A DNA stretch of 63,570 nt from contig JAAYBZ010000165.1 in the NCBI GenBank assembly GCA_012744445.1, positions 1 through 63,570 of the forward strand, in the 5' to 3' direction. Origin of the DNA: Myxococcales bacterium. Its GTDB lineage: Bacteria > Myxococcota_A > Polyangia > Polyangiales > Houyiibacteriaceae. The notes below the pieces were generated by a model. It worked only from the letters and a program-made list of their open reading frames with translations. It was not told the DNA's origin and ran no database searches. Made by a program: the position numbers and the translations under genes. This document shows positions 51,484 through 59,988 of this stretch, piece by piece (position 1 is the first letter of the stretch; every line of letters starts with the position of its first letter).

Positions 51484-52337
51484 TGGCCCAGCTCGATCCG
51501 CGCCTCGGCGAGACCCTCGAACGCCTCGTGCGCTCGACCGATCCGCGCGCGCGGATCGAGAACGATCCCGTCGGCCTCGTGCGTCCCTACGCGCGCCCCG
51601 AGGACCGCGAGGTGGCCGGCCTCGTCGCGGCGCTGCTCGCCTTCGGCTCGGTGCAGGTGATCCGGCGGAACGTCTCGCGCGTCCTCGAGCTCCTCGGCCC
51701 CTCTCCCGCGGAGGCGCTCGAATCGAAGGATCCGCGCGCGCTCTCGCGCGGGCTCCGCACCTTCCGTCACCGCGTCTGGACCGGCGCGGAGGTCTCGCGC
51801 CTCCTCCGGAACGCCGCGCGCCTCCGCGCCGAAGAGGGCTCGATCGGCGCCGCGTTCAAGGCGCGCCTCGAGCGCCACGACCTCGCGCTCCAGCCCGCCC
51901 TCGCCGAGCTCGCCGACGCCCTCCGCGGCCCCGCGCCCACGCGGGCGATGGCGCACCTCGTGCCGGATCCGCGCGCCGGGAGCGCCTGCAAGCGGCTCCA
52001 CCTCTACCTCCGGTGGATGGTCCGCCCGGACGACGGCGTCGATCTCGGGGTCTTCGACGCGCCGCCGAGCGTCCTCCTCGTGCCGCTCGACACGCACGTC
52101 CACCGCATCGCCAAGAACCTCGCCCTCACCTCGCGCGAGACGGCGAGCTGGGCGGCGGCCGAGGAGGTCACGGCCGTGTTCCGGCGCTTCGATCCCGAAG
52201 ATCCCGTGCGCTTCGACTTCGCGCTCTGCCACTTCGGGATCGCGAGGCAGTGCCCGAGCCGCGTCGACGAGTCGATCTGCGGCGCGTGCGTGATGAAGCG
52301 CGTCTGTACGATTCCCCGCGCCGCGCGCGTAAGATGA
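51483..52337 (+). CDS. TIGR02757/DUF2400-like protein with C-terminal Cys cluster
   Basis: The ATG at 51483 overlaps the plsB stop (TGATG). DPVGLVRPY...AALLAFGSVQ...KRLHLYLRWMVR...VPLDTHVHRIA and the terminal C-x8-C-x2-C-x5-C are present. The family call is by pattern memory. Confidence 0.75.
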   Translation: MAQLDPRLGETLERLVRSTDPRARIENDPVGLVRPYARPEDREVAGLVAALLAFGSVQVIRRNVSRVLELLGPSPAEALESKDPRALSRGLRTFRHRVWTGAEVSRLLRNAARLRAEEGSIGAAFKARLERHDLALQPALAELADALRGPAPTRAMAHLVPDPRAGSACKRLHLYLRWMVRPDDGVDLGVFDAPPSVLLVPLDTHVHRIAKNLALTSRETASWAAAEEVTAVFRRFDPEDPVRFDFALCHFGIARQCPSRVDESICGACVMKRVCTIPRAARVR

Positions 52338-52341
52338 CGCC

Positions 52342-52878
52342 GTGAACCTGGCCAAGCGCGTCACGCTCCTCTGCCTCCTCGCCGGCTGCGGCGCCTCCAA
52401 GCCCCCGGAGACGCTGGATCTGCCCCCGCCGACGAACGTCGAGGACTTCCCGAGCGCCCCGATCGAGCTCTCCATCCACGTGCCGGGGCGGGGCTTCTTC
52501 GAGGTCGGCGAGATGCGCGGGCGCGCCGGGCTCATCTTCGTCTTCTCCACCTTCGACACGGCGAGCCAGGCGATGCTCACGCCGCTCTCGCTCGTTTCCG
52601 AGGCGCATCCCGAGTGCTTCTTCGTGGGCGTCGCCTACCAGCCCGACGCGCGCCAGCTCGTCGAGGTCTGGGCGCAGGCGCTCGAGCCGCCCTTCCCCGT
52701 CGGCTGGGATCCGCAGGACGTCCTCGCGAGCGCGCGCTCGCCCGTGGGGCGCATCGGCGGCGTGCCCATGGTCATCACCGTCGACCCCCAGGGGCGCGTC
52801 GTCGAGAAGGTCGAGGGTGTGCTCCAGCCCAAGGAGCTCGACGAGATGCTCGTGCGCGCCAAGTCGCGCGGGCGCTGA
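52342..52878 (+). CDS. thioredoxin-fold (TlpA-like) lipoprotein lacking the CxxC motif
   Basis: GTG start. The lipobox is LLCLLAGC. GLIFVFSTFDTASQ occupies the position of WCxxC. The C-terminus is redoxin-like (PMVITVDPQGRVV). Confidence 0.6.
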   Translation: MNLAKRVTLLCLLAGCGASKPPETLDLPPPTNVEDFPSAPIELSIHVPGRGFFEVGEMRGRAGLIFVFSTFDTASQAMLTPLSLVSEAHPECFFVGVAYQPDARQLVEVWAQALEPPFPVGWDPQDVLASARSPVGRIGGVPMVITVDPQGRVVEKVEGVLQPKELDEMLVRAKSRGR

Positions 52879-52908
52879 GCTCGGGCCGCGCCGCGTCGGC
52901 GCGCGGGC

Positions 52909-54672
52909 TCAATCCGTGACGACGCCCTGCTCGCGCCAGATCTCGCCGAGCTCGGCGGAGAAAGCCTCCACGACGGCCTCGCGGACGGCGCGCGCCGAGC
53001 TGCATGCGGCCGCCGCGCGCACCACCTCGCGGCAACGCTCCATCGAGATGCGCCGGATCGTCTCCTGCACCATGGGGATCATGCCGAGCGGCACGCTGAG
53101 CTGCGTGAAGCCGAGCCCGAGCACGACGGGAAGCGCCAGCGGATCGGCCGCCATGTCCCCGCACATCGAGAGCGGGATGCCGCGCGCCTTCGCGCTCGCC
53201 GCCGTCATCTGGAGGAGCTCGATCACGGCCGGATCGAGCGAGCTCGAGAGCGAGGTGAGCCCCGCGTCGGTGCGGTCGACGGCGAGCGTGTGCTGGATGA
53301 GGTCGTTGGTGCCGACCGAGAAGAAGTCGCAGGACTCGGCGAGCTTGTGCGATCGGAGCGCGGCCGACGGGATCTCGATCATGCTCCCCACCGGCACCTC
53401 CTCGAGCGGCACCCCCTCGCGCGCGAGCTCCTCCCGCACGCGCCGGAGCCTCTCCGTCGCCTCCCGGAGCTCGTCCACGCCGGAGACGCCCGGGAACATC
53501 ACCCGCACCGGACCGTGCGCCGAAGCGCGCACGAGCGCGCGGAGCTGCGTCTCGAAGAGCTCGGGCACCGTGAGCGAGTAGCGGAGGCCCGTGCGCCCGA
53601 AGGTCGCGCTCGGCCGCGGGAGGCCGTCGAAGCGCGGCATCTTGTCGGCGCCGAGATCGAAGGTGCGGAAGACGACGGGGCGCCCCTCGAGCTTCTCCAC
53701 CGTGCGCGCGTAGACGGCGTACTGCTCTTCCTCGGAAGGCGGCTTCCTTCGGTTGAGGTAGAGGAACTCGGTGCGGAAGAGCCCCACGCCCGAGGCGCCC
53801 GAGGCCGCGATGCGCTCCACCTCGAAGGCGAGCTCCACGTTCGCGAGGATCTCCACCGGGTGGCCGTCGGTCGTGACGACGGGCGCGTCCTGATGCGCGC
53901 GGAGGGCGCGCGCGAAGTGCTGGTATCGCTCGGCGCGGCGCTCGGCGTCGGCGCACTCGGCCGGGTCGGGATCGACCACGACCTCGCCGCGGATCGCGTC
54001 CACGATGGCCGTGTGCCCCACCTCGGAGCGGCGCGCGACGCCCTTGGCCGCGACGACGGCCGGGAGCCCGAGCGCGCGCGCGAGGATGGCGGTGTGGCTC
54101 GTCGCGGAGCCGCTCTCGGTGGCGATGGCGAGCACGCGGGAATTGCGGAGCTCGGCCGCGTCGGCGGGCGAGAGCACGTTGGCGACGACGATCACCTCGG
54201 CGTCGCGCGGCGGGAGCCCGTCGTCCTCGCCCGCCAACTCGCGGAGGATCTGGAGGCCCACCTGCTCCACGTCCTCGGCGCGCTCGCGGAAATACGGCGC
54301 GTCGGCGTCGAGCAGCGGGCGCTTGAGCGCGTCGACCGTCTCGCGCACCGCCCACTCGGCGCCGAGGCGCCGCTCGCGGATCGCGCGCTCGATGCCGTCG
54401 ACGAAGAGCGAGTCGCCGTACATGAGGAGCTGCGGCTCGATGAGCTGCCCGTAGGCCGGCCCGTGCGTCTCCACGAGCGAGTGCATGATCGCCTCGAGCG
54501 ACTCGCGGGATCGCGCGATGGCGGCGCGGACGCGCGCGATCTGCTCCTCGACCTTGGACTCGGGGACGCGCACGCGCGGCGGGTGCGTGCCGCCGCGATC
54601 GATCACCCAGAGGGGCCCCACGGCCACGCCCGGGCACGCCGCGATGCCCTTGAAGATCGTGCTCTGGCTCAT
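52909..54672 (-). CDS. ptsI: phosphoenolpyruvate-protein phosphotransferase (PTS enzyme I, no GAF domain)
   Basis: The internal ATG at 54672 gives MSQSTIFKGIAACPGVAVGP. The phospho-His region is GSATSHTAILARALGLPAV. The PEP-utiliser C-terminus has FFSVGTNDLIQ and CGDMA. Confidence 0.93.
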   Translation of the reverse strand: MSQSTIFKGIAACPGVAVGPLWVIDRGGTHPPRVRVPESKVEEQIARVRAAIARSRESLEAIMHSLVETHGPAYGQLIEPQLLMYGDSLFVDGIERAIRERRLGAEWAVRETVDALKRPLLDADAPYFRERAEDVEQVGLQILRELAGEDDGLPPRDAEVIVVANVLSPADAAELRNSRVLAIATESGSATSHTAILARALGLPAVVAAKGVARRSEVGHTAIVDAIRGEVVVDPDPAECADAERRAERYQHFARALRAHQDAPVVTTDGHPVEILANVELAFEVERIAASGASGVGLFRTEFLYLNRRKPPSEEEQYAVYARTVEKLEGRPVVFRTFDLGADKMPRFDGLPRPSATFGRTGLRYSLTVPELFETQLRALVRASAHGPVRVMFPGVSGVDELREATERLRRVREELAREGVPLEEVPVGSMIEIPSAALRSHKLAESCDFFSVGTNDLIQHTLAVDRTDAGLTSLSSSLDPAVIELLQMTAASAKARGIPLSMCGDMAADPLALPVVLGLGFTQLSVPLGMIPMVQETIRRISMERCREVVRAAAACSSARAVREAVVEAFSAELGEIWREQGVVTD

Positions 54673-54944
54673 CGCTCCTCGTGGAAGCGGTCCGCGATGA
54701 GGGCGCCGATCTCCCGCACCGCGCGCTCCGCGTCGGGTCCCTCGGCGACCACGCGGAGCTCCGCGCCCTTCTGCCCGCAGAGGAGGAGCACGCCCATCAC
54801 GCTCTTGGCGTCGGCGCGCTGGCCGTCCTTCTCGACCGTGACGGCGCACTCGAAGCCGCTCGCGAGACGCACGAGCTTGGCCGCCGCCCGCGCGTGCATG
54901 CCGAGCTCGTTCACGATCATGAAGGTCCCTTCGGCGCGCTCCAT
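54669..54944 (-). CDS. ptsH: phosphocarrier protein HPr
   Basis: 91 aa. NELGMHARAA carries His15 and ADAKSVMGV carries Ser46. It is coupled by ATGA to ptsI and by TGATG to rapZ. Confidence 0.9.
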   Translation of the reverse strand: MERAEGTFMIVNELGMHARAAAKLVRLASGFECAVTVEKDGQRADAKSVMGVLLLCGQKGAELRVVAEGPDAERAVREIGALIADRFHEER

Positions 54945-55813
54945 CACCCGCTCCGCTCGATGTCCCGGTGGTAGACGACGACGTTCGCGATCGGGGCGAG
55001 CCGCCGCCCGAGCTCTTCGGCGATGGCCACCGATCGATGGCGCCCGCCGGTGCAGCCGATGGCGATGGTGAGGTAGGCCTTCCCCTCGGACTCGTAGCCG
55101 GGGAGCGCCGTGCGGAGGAGGTCCTCGATCTTTTCCACGAGCTCCCGCCCCTCGGGCGAGCCGAGCACGTAGGCCGCGACGTCGGGGTTGTGGCCCGAGT
55201 GCGGTCGGAGGTCGGGCTCGAAGTGCGGATTGGGCAGGTAGCGCACGTCGAAGACGAGGTTGGCCTCGGCCGGCAGCCCGTGCTTGAAGCCGAAGCTGAG
55301 GAGGCGCGTGACCATCCGCCACGGGCCTTCGCCGCCGCGCGAGAGGTGGCTCACGAGGGCCCTCCGCAGGTCGTGCACGGAGAAGGTCGTCGTGTCGAAG
55401 ATGATGTCGGCGCGCTCGCGGAGATCGGCGAGGCGCTCGCGCTCGAGGCGCACGGCCTCGGCCACGTCGCCGCCGGCCGCGAGCTTGTGCGGACGCCGCG
55501 TCTCGCTGAAACGCCGGAGCAGCACGGGCTCGGCGCAGTCGAGGAAGATGACCTCCACGTGGTGCCCCACCTCGACGAGCATGTCGATCGTGGGGATCGC
55601 CGCGTCGAGGAAGCGCCCCGAGCGCACGTCGATGCCGAGGCCGACCTGGCGCACGCCGCTCCCCGAGACGCGCTCGATGAGCTGCGGCGCGAGCGAGGGC
55701 GGGAGGTTGTCGACGCAGTAGTAGCCGAGGTCCTCGAGGACGTTGAGCGCGGTGCTCCGCCCGGCCCCCGAGAGCCCCGTGACCACCGTGACCCTGCACG
55801 CCGCGCCGCTCAC
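54944..55813 (-). CDS. rapZ: RNase adapter protein RapZ (YhbJ family P-loop protein)
   Basis: The GTG start overlaps the hprK stop (GTGA). VTGLSGAGRSTALNVLEDLGYYCVDNLP and IGCTGGRHRSVAIAE are present. Confidence 0.92.
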   Translation of the reverse strand: MSGAACRVTVVTGLSGAGRSTALNVLEDLGYYCVDNLPPSLAPQLIERVSGSGVRQVGLGIDVRSGRFLDAAIPTIDMLVEVGHHVEVIFLDCAEPVLLRRFSETRRPHKLAAGGDVAEAVRLERERLADLRERADIIFDTTTFSVHDLRRALVSHLSRGGEGPWRMVTRLLSFGFKHGLPAEANLVFDVRYLPNPHFEPDLRPHSGHNPDVAAYVLGSPEGRELVEKIEDLLRTALPGYESEGKAYLTIAIGCTGGRHRSVAIAEELGRRLAPIANVVVYHRDIERSG

Positions 55814-56793
55814 GGGCCTTCTCCTTGGTCGCGCCCGCCGGCGAGGAGCTCTTCCTCGAGCCGCTCGACGAAGCGCCGCGCCGCGTTCCGCCCGGCGCGC
55901 TTGAGCAGGTGGTTGCGCGCGGCCACCTCGAGGATGACGGCCATGTTCCGGCCGGGCCGCACCGGGATGCGGAGCGAGGGCAGCGAGAGGCCGAGGAGCT
56001 CGACCTGCGGATCGTCGAGCCCGAGGCGGTCGTAGTCCTCGAACTCGTCGAAGGGGCAGAGCTCGACGACGAGGTTCACGTGCTTCTTCTCGCGCACGGC
56101 GGCGGCGCCGAAGAGATCGCGCACGTTCACGATGCCGATGCCGCGGAGCTCGAGGTGGTTACGGAGGAGCTCGGGCGACGAGCCCTCGATGTGATCGGTC
56201 GGGAGCCGCACGAGCTCGACCCGATCGTCGGCCACGAGCCGGTGCCCGCGCTCGAGCAGGAAGAGCGCGCACTCGCTCTTGCCCACCGCGCTCGGCCCCG
56301 TGAGGAGCATCCCCACGCCGTGCACGTCGAGGAGCACCCCGTGCACCGTCTTGCGCGGCGCGAGGAGCCAATCGAGCGAGCGGTGCACGAGGTGGATCGT
56401 GCGGCTCGAGCGCTCGCGCGAGACGACGAGCGGCGTGCCGGTACGGGCGCTCGCCTCGACGAGCTCGGCGAAGGGATCGACGCCGCGCGTGACCACGACG
56501 AGCGAGGGCGAGAGCGAGAAGAGGGCCTCGATGCCGCGCTTGCGCGCCTCGGGCGCGCAGGCCTCGAGGAAGGTGTACTCGGTCTCGCCGATCACCTGGA
56601 CGCGCGTGGGCACGATCCCGCGCGTATGCCCCACGAAGACCAGGCCCGACTTCTGGACGCGCGGGTGCGTGATGGCCCGGTCCACCCCCTCGTGCCCCGC
56701 GACGAGGCTCAGGACGTCGGAGGCGCCGGGGTAGCCGAGGAGCTGCGCGACCGAGATCTGGGCGCCCTCGGGGGCGTGCCGCAGGGATGGCAT
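55810..56793 (-). CDS. hprK: HPr kinase/phosphorylase
   Basis: LLTGPSAVGKSECALFLLERGHRLVADD (P-loop), LELRGIGIVNV, and the HprK C-terminal signature. Confidence 0.92.
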   Translation of the reverse strand: MPSLRHAPEGAQISVAQLLGYPGASDVLSLVAGHEGVDRAITHPRVQKSGLVFVGHTRGIVPTRVQVIGETEYTFLEACAPEARKRGIEALFSLSPSLVVVTRGVDPFAELVEASARTGTPLVVSRERSSRTIHLVHRSLDWLLAPRKTVHGVLLDVHGVGMLLTGPSAVGKSECALFLLERGHRLVADDRVELVRLPTDHIEGSSPELLRNHLELRGIGIVNVRDLFGAAAVREKKHVNLVVELCPFDEFEDYDRLGLDDPQVELLGLSLPSLRIPVRPGRNMAVILEVAARNHLLKRAGRNAARRFVERLEEELLAGGRDQGEGP

Positions 56794-56810
56794 GGGGAGA
56801 GTCTACCCGA

Positions 56811-57320
56811 TCAGCCCATCGAGAGGCGCTCGTCCATCTCGATCAGACACCGGTAGGCCTCGCTCGGGGAGGAGGCCTGGAGCAGGCGCTCGCGGAGCTG
56901 CGGGTCGCGGAGGAGCCGCGAGACGCGCGCGAGGACCTTGAGGTGCTGGCTCGCCTGGCCGTCGGGGGCGAGCACGCCCACGAAGATGTGGACGGGGCGG
57001 CCGTCGACCGCGTCGAAGTCCACCCCGGCCCGGTGCGTGCCGAGGACGAGGCGAACGCCCGGGATGTCCGTCAGGCGGCCGTGCGGGATGGCGACCCCGC
57101 TGCCCACGCCGGTGCTCGCGAGGCGCTCGCGCTCCTCGAGGACCTCCGAGATGGTCTCGGGATCGACCGTGAGGTCCGAGTGGGTGTAGAGCGTGGCGAG
57201 CTGCCTCAGCACCTCGGATTTGGAGGTGGCATCGAGCGAGGTGGAGACGCACCGCTCGGGGAGGATCTCGGCAAGCGTGAGCACGAACCGCGCGTTAGCC
57301 GATCCGCAGGGCTCGTGCAA
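56811..57320 (-). CDS. ptsN: PTS EIIA (nitrogen/fructose type, EIIA-Ntr)
   Basis: LDATSKSEVLRQLA...RERLASTGVGSGVAIPHGRL (phospho-His)...HLKVLARVSRLL. The start is either ATG 57320 or GTG 57284. Confidence 0.85.
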   Translation of the reverse strand: MHEPCGSANARFVLTLAEILPERCVSTSLDATSKSEVLRQLATLYTHSDLTVDPETISEVLEERERLASTGVGSGVAIPHGRLTDIPGVRLVLGTHRAGVDFDAVDGRPVHIFVGVLAPDGQASQHLKVLARVSRLLRDPQLRERLLQASSPSEAYRCLIEMDERLSMG

Positions 57321-57357
57321 CGACGCCGCGAGCGTTCCACGTAACTCCCGGAACTTT

Positions 57358-57387
57358 GGGCAATTGCGCCGCCCCCGCGAATTGCCC
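57358..57387. promoter_or_regulatory. imperfect inverted repeat in the ptsN / Cys-rich-lipoprotein divergent region
   Basis: GGGCAATTGCG (57358-57368), a 7-nt spacer, then CGCGAATTGCCC (57376-57387, with a one-base bulge). It lies 12 nt upstream of the ATG at 57400. Confidence 0.35.
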
Positions 57388-57399
57388 TACCATCGCGGG

Positions 57400-59418
57400 A
57401 TGACGCCTCGTCGCTTGGTCTTCCCCGCCCTCGGGGTCCTCCTCCTCTGTCTATTCGCCGGCTGCGGTGACGATTCGCCCGGCGACAAGTTCGACGGCAG
57501 CTTCCCCGACGGCCAGGTGCCCGACGGAAGCGCGCCCGATGGGAACGCACCCGATGGGAACGCACCCGATGGAAGCGCGCCCGATGGCGACGTGAACATC
57601 GGCGACGTCTGCGGCGACGGAATCCTCGGCATCACCGAGGCCTGCGACGACGGCAACGACGACGACGGAGACGGCTGCTCCGGGGACTGCCAGGAGATCG
57701 AGCCCGGCTACTACTGCCCGGTCGTCGGCTTGGACTGCATCGCGATCGTCTGCGGCGACGGCCTGGTCGAGGCCACCGAGCAGTGCGACGACGGCAACGA
57801 CGACGACGGCGATGGCTGCTCGTCCGACTGCACGCTCGAGCCCGGCTGGCTCTGCCCGCACCCGGGCCTCCCCTGCCAGGCCGAGCGCTGCGGTGACGGC
57901 ATCGTGGCCGGCATCGAGGCCTGCGACGACGGCAACGACGACGACGGCGACGGCTGCGACTCCACTTGCCAGCTCGAGGAGGGCTACCACTGCCCCGTGC
58001 CGGGCGAAGACTGCGCGCCCACGCATTGCGGCGACGGCCTCGTGCAGGGCCTCGAGCAGTGCGACGACGGGAACGACCTGCCGTTCGACGGCTGCTACCA
58101 GTGCAAGCGCGAGCCGCAGTGCTCCGGCGGCGTCTGCGAGTCGTTCTGCGGCGACGGCGTGATCTTCGGCGCCGGCGAGGAGTGCGACGACGGCAACACG
58201 CGGAACGGCGACGGCTGCTCGTCGGACTGCAAGCTGGAGGCCGGCTTCACCTGCACGCTCGAGGTCGAGTCGCTACCCACGCAGGTCCAGCTCCCCATCA
58301 TCTACCGCGACTTCTATCGTCACGACGTCCCGAACCGCCCGGCGCATGCGCACATCGACTTCGATCGCGCGGGCAACGGCGCCTACTCCGGCGGCATCTG
58401 CTTCGGGCTCGTGGAGGACTTCCTCGACGACGAAGGGAAGCCCGTCCTCAAGCCCATCCCGAACTACGAGAACCATATCTGCAACCAGCAGAACAACTGC
58501 ACGCCCGACAGCCCCACGAGCTTCAGCCAGTGGTATCGGGACGACAACCCCTACGCCATGCGGCTTCCGGTGGAGACCCTCACGCTGAACAGCATCGACG
58601 AAGGCGTCTACCAGTTCTCGAGCCAGAATTTCTTCCCCGTCGACAACAAGGGTTGGCGCGCGGTCTCGCCGAATCCGGAGCCCAACGCGACCGGTGGCAC
58701 GCCCTCCGGCTCGCACAACTTCGGCTTCACCAGCGAGACGCGCTACTGGTTCGAGTACGCCGGTAACGAGCGCCTCCAGTTCTACGGCGACGACGACGTC
58801 TGGGTCTTCATCGACGGCCGCCTCTGTCTCGACATCGGCGGCATCCACGGCCAGGAGAACGGCGTCATCGATTTCGCCAACCCCGCGGACACCGGCAACA
58901 TCGTCGCGAACCGCCAGCTCGTCGCCGACTGCAAGGCCTACCTCGAGGACAAGGTCGCGGCGCTCCCGCCGGGCACCAAGCCCATCTTCGAGGTCGCCGT
59001 CTTCCAGGCCGAGCGCAACCCCACGGGCTCCAACTACCAGCTCACGCTCTCGGGCTTCGAGAAGGCGCGCTCGGTCTGCGCGTCCGAGTGCGGTGATGGC
59101 ATCGTCGCGGCCGACGAGGTGTGCGACGACGGCGACGAGAACGGCGACGACGTCTATGGCGGCTGCTCGGCCGATTGCCGCTCCTTCGGCCCGCGCTGCG
59201 GCGACGGCACCGTGCAAGAGGAGCACGAGGAGTGCGACGACGGCCGTCAGAACCTCGGCCAGTACGGCGGCTGCAACCCGGACTGCACCATCGGCCCGCG
59301 CTGCGGCGACGGCATCCGTCAGCCGCAGTTCGAGGAGTGCGACGATGGCGAGCGGAACGGCACCGCCGGCTCCTACTGCCAGACCAACTGCAAGCTGAGC
59401 TTCGTCATCCCCGGTTGA
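57400..59418 (+). CDS. lipoprotein with Myxococcus-type cysteine-rich repeats flanking a fibro-slime (PA14-like) domain
   Basis: The internal ATG at 57400 gives MTPRRLVFPALGVLLLCLFAGC (lipobox). A (PDGxA)n linker follows. Six units of CGDGxxxxxExCDDGNxxxGDGCSxxC come next. The fibro-slime-like core has IIYRDF...FFPVDNKGW...DDDVWVFIDGRL. Three to four more Cys-rich units close the C-terminus. Confidence 0.88.
   Translation: MTPRRLVFPALGVLLLCLFAGCGDDSPGDKFDGSFPDGQVPDGSAPDGNAPDGNAPDGSAPDGDVNIGDVCGDGILGITEACDDGNDDDGDGCSGDCQEIEPGYYCPVVGLDCIAIVCGDGLVEATEQCDDGNDDDGDGCSSDCTLEPGWLCPHPGLPCQAERCGDGIVAGIEACDDGNDDDGDGCDSTCQLEEGYHCPVPGEDCAPTHCGDGLVQGLEQCDDGNDLPFDGCYQCKREPQCSGGVCESFCGDGVIFGAGEECDDGNTRNGDGCSSDCKLEAGFTCTLEVESLPTQVQLPIIYRDFYRHDVPNRPAHAHIDFDRAGNGAYSGGICFGLVEDFLDDEGKPVLKPIPNYENHICNQQNNCTPDSPTSFSQWYRDDNPYAMRLPVETLTLNSIDEGVYQFSSQNFFPVDNKGWRAVSPNPEPNATGGTPSGSHNFGFTSETRYWFEYAGNERLQFYGDDDVWVFIDGRLCLDIGGIHGQENGVIDFANPADTGNIVANRQLVADCKAYLEDKVAALPPGTKPIFEVAVFQAERNPTGSNYQLTLSGFEKARSVCASECGDGIVAADEVCDDGDENGDDVYGGCSADCRSFGPRCGDGTVQEEHEECDDGRQNLGQYGGCNPDCTIGPRCGDGIRQPQFEECDDGERNGTAGSYCQTNCKLSFVIPG
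57505..57594 (+). repeat. six tandem 15-bp units encoding (P-D-G-x-x)6
   Basis: cccgacggccaggtg / cccgacggaagcgcg / cccgatgggaacgca / cccgatgggaacgca / cccgatggaagcgcg / cccgatggcgacgtg. Units 3 and 4 are identical. Confidence 0.9.
57601..58257 (+). repeat. intragenic ~138-bp periodic repeats (Cys-rich repeat units)
   Basis: tgcgacgacggcaacgacgacgacgg(a/c)ga(c/t)ggctgc recurs near 57643, 57784 and 57922, with more diverged copies to about 58257. The boundaries are approximate. Confidence 0.7.
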
Positions 59419-59456
59419 GTGAGCGGGGCTCGCCTTGCGCGGGCCCCACGTAGGCG

Positions 59457-59488
59457 AGAGCCCGCGCGTCGATCGACACGCGGGCTCT
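59457..59488 (+). terminator. hairpin 1 of a tandem pair downstream of the Cys-rich lipoprotein gene
   Basis: AGAGCCCGCG-cgtcgatcgaca-CGCGGGCTCT (10-bp perfect stem) followed by TTCG. The T-tract is weak. Confidence 0.45.
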
Positions 59489-59512
59489 TTCGCTTCCGCC
59501 CCCAGAAAGCCG

Positions 59513-59544
59513 AGAGCCCACGCGTCGCTCGACACGTGGGCTCT
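59513..59544 (+). terminator. hairpin 2 of the tandem pair (compensated copy)
   Basis: AGAGCCCACG-cgtcgctcgaca-CGTGGGCTCT followed by TTGG. It has the same architecture as hairpin 1, with G:C replaced by A:T at one stem position. Confidence 0.45.
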
Positions 59545-59571
59545 TTGGTGTGGGCTCCTCGTGGAGCGCGC

Positions 59572-59910
59572 TCAGCTCGACTTGCCGCCACCCGCGGCGA
59601 GGATCTCGGCCGAGGCGTGGCGCTTGCGACCGACCGCGGCGCCCTTGTCGTCGCGCACCTGGCGGTCGATCTTGTCCATCACGAGGTCGATCGACGCGTA
59701 CATGTCGTCGGAGACTTCACTCGCCGAGTAGCGACGTCCGCCCGAGACGATGGAGACATCCACCTGCTGGTTGTGCCGCTCCATCGAGCACGTGACCTCC
59801 GCGTCGATCGGAGCCCGTAGGTACTTCTGTAGCTTGGCGACCTTCTCCGAGGCGTATGCCTTGATCCCATCCGAAGACTCGAGGTTACGGAACGTGAAGT
59901 TGATGCGCAT
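59572..59910 (-). CDS. hpf: ribosome hibernation promoting factor (short HPF/RaiA family)
   Basis: MRINFTFRNLESSDGIKAYASEKVAKLQKYL...VDVSIVSGGRRYSASEVSDDMYASIDLVMDKIDRQV. Confidence 0.92.
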   Translation of the reverse strand: MRINFTFRNLESSDGIKAYASEKVAKLQKYLRAPIDAEVTCSMERHNQQVDVSIVSGGRRYSASEVSDDMYASIDLVMDKIDRQVRDDKGAAVGRKRHASAEILAAGGGKSS

Positions 59911-59988
59911 CAGGTCTCCCTCGGCTTTCCGCAGCGAACGCTGCCGGTGGTGTCTTCAAGCTATGTCGTCAATTTACCAAAACAAGCG

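Noticed and set aside
59419-59820. Small ORFs across the hairpin region: 59419..59820, 59435..59731 and 59373..59591.
   Set aside because: They span the non-coding twin hairpins and are antisense to hpf. They have low-complexity Arg/Ala/Pro products and no start context.
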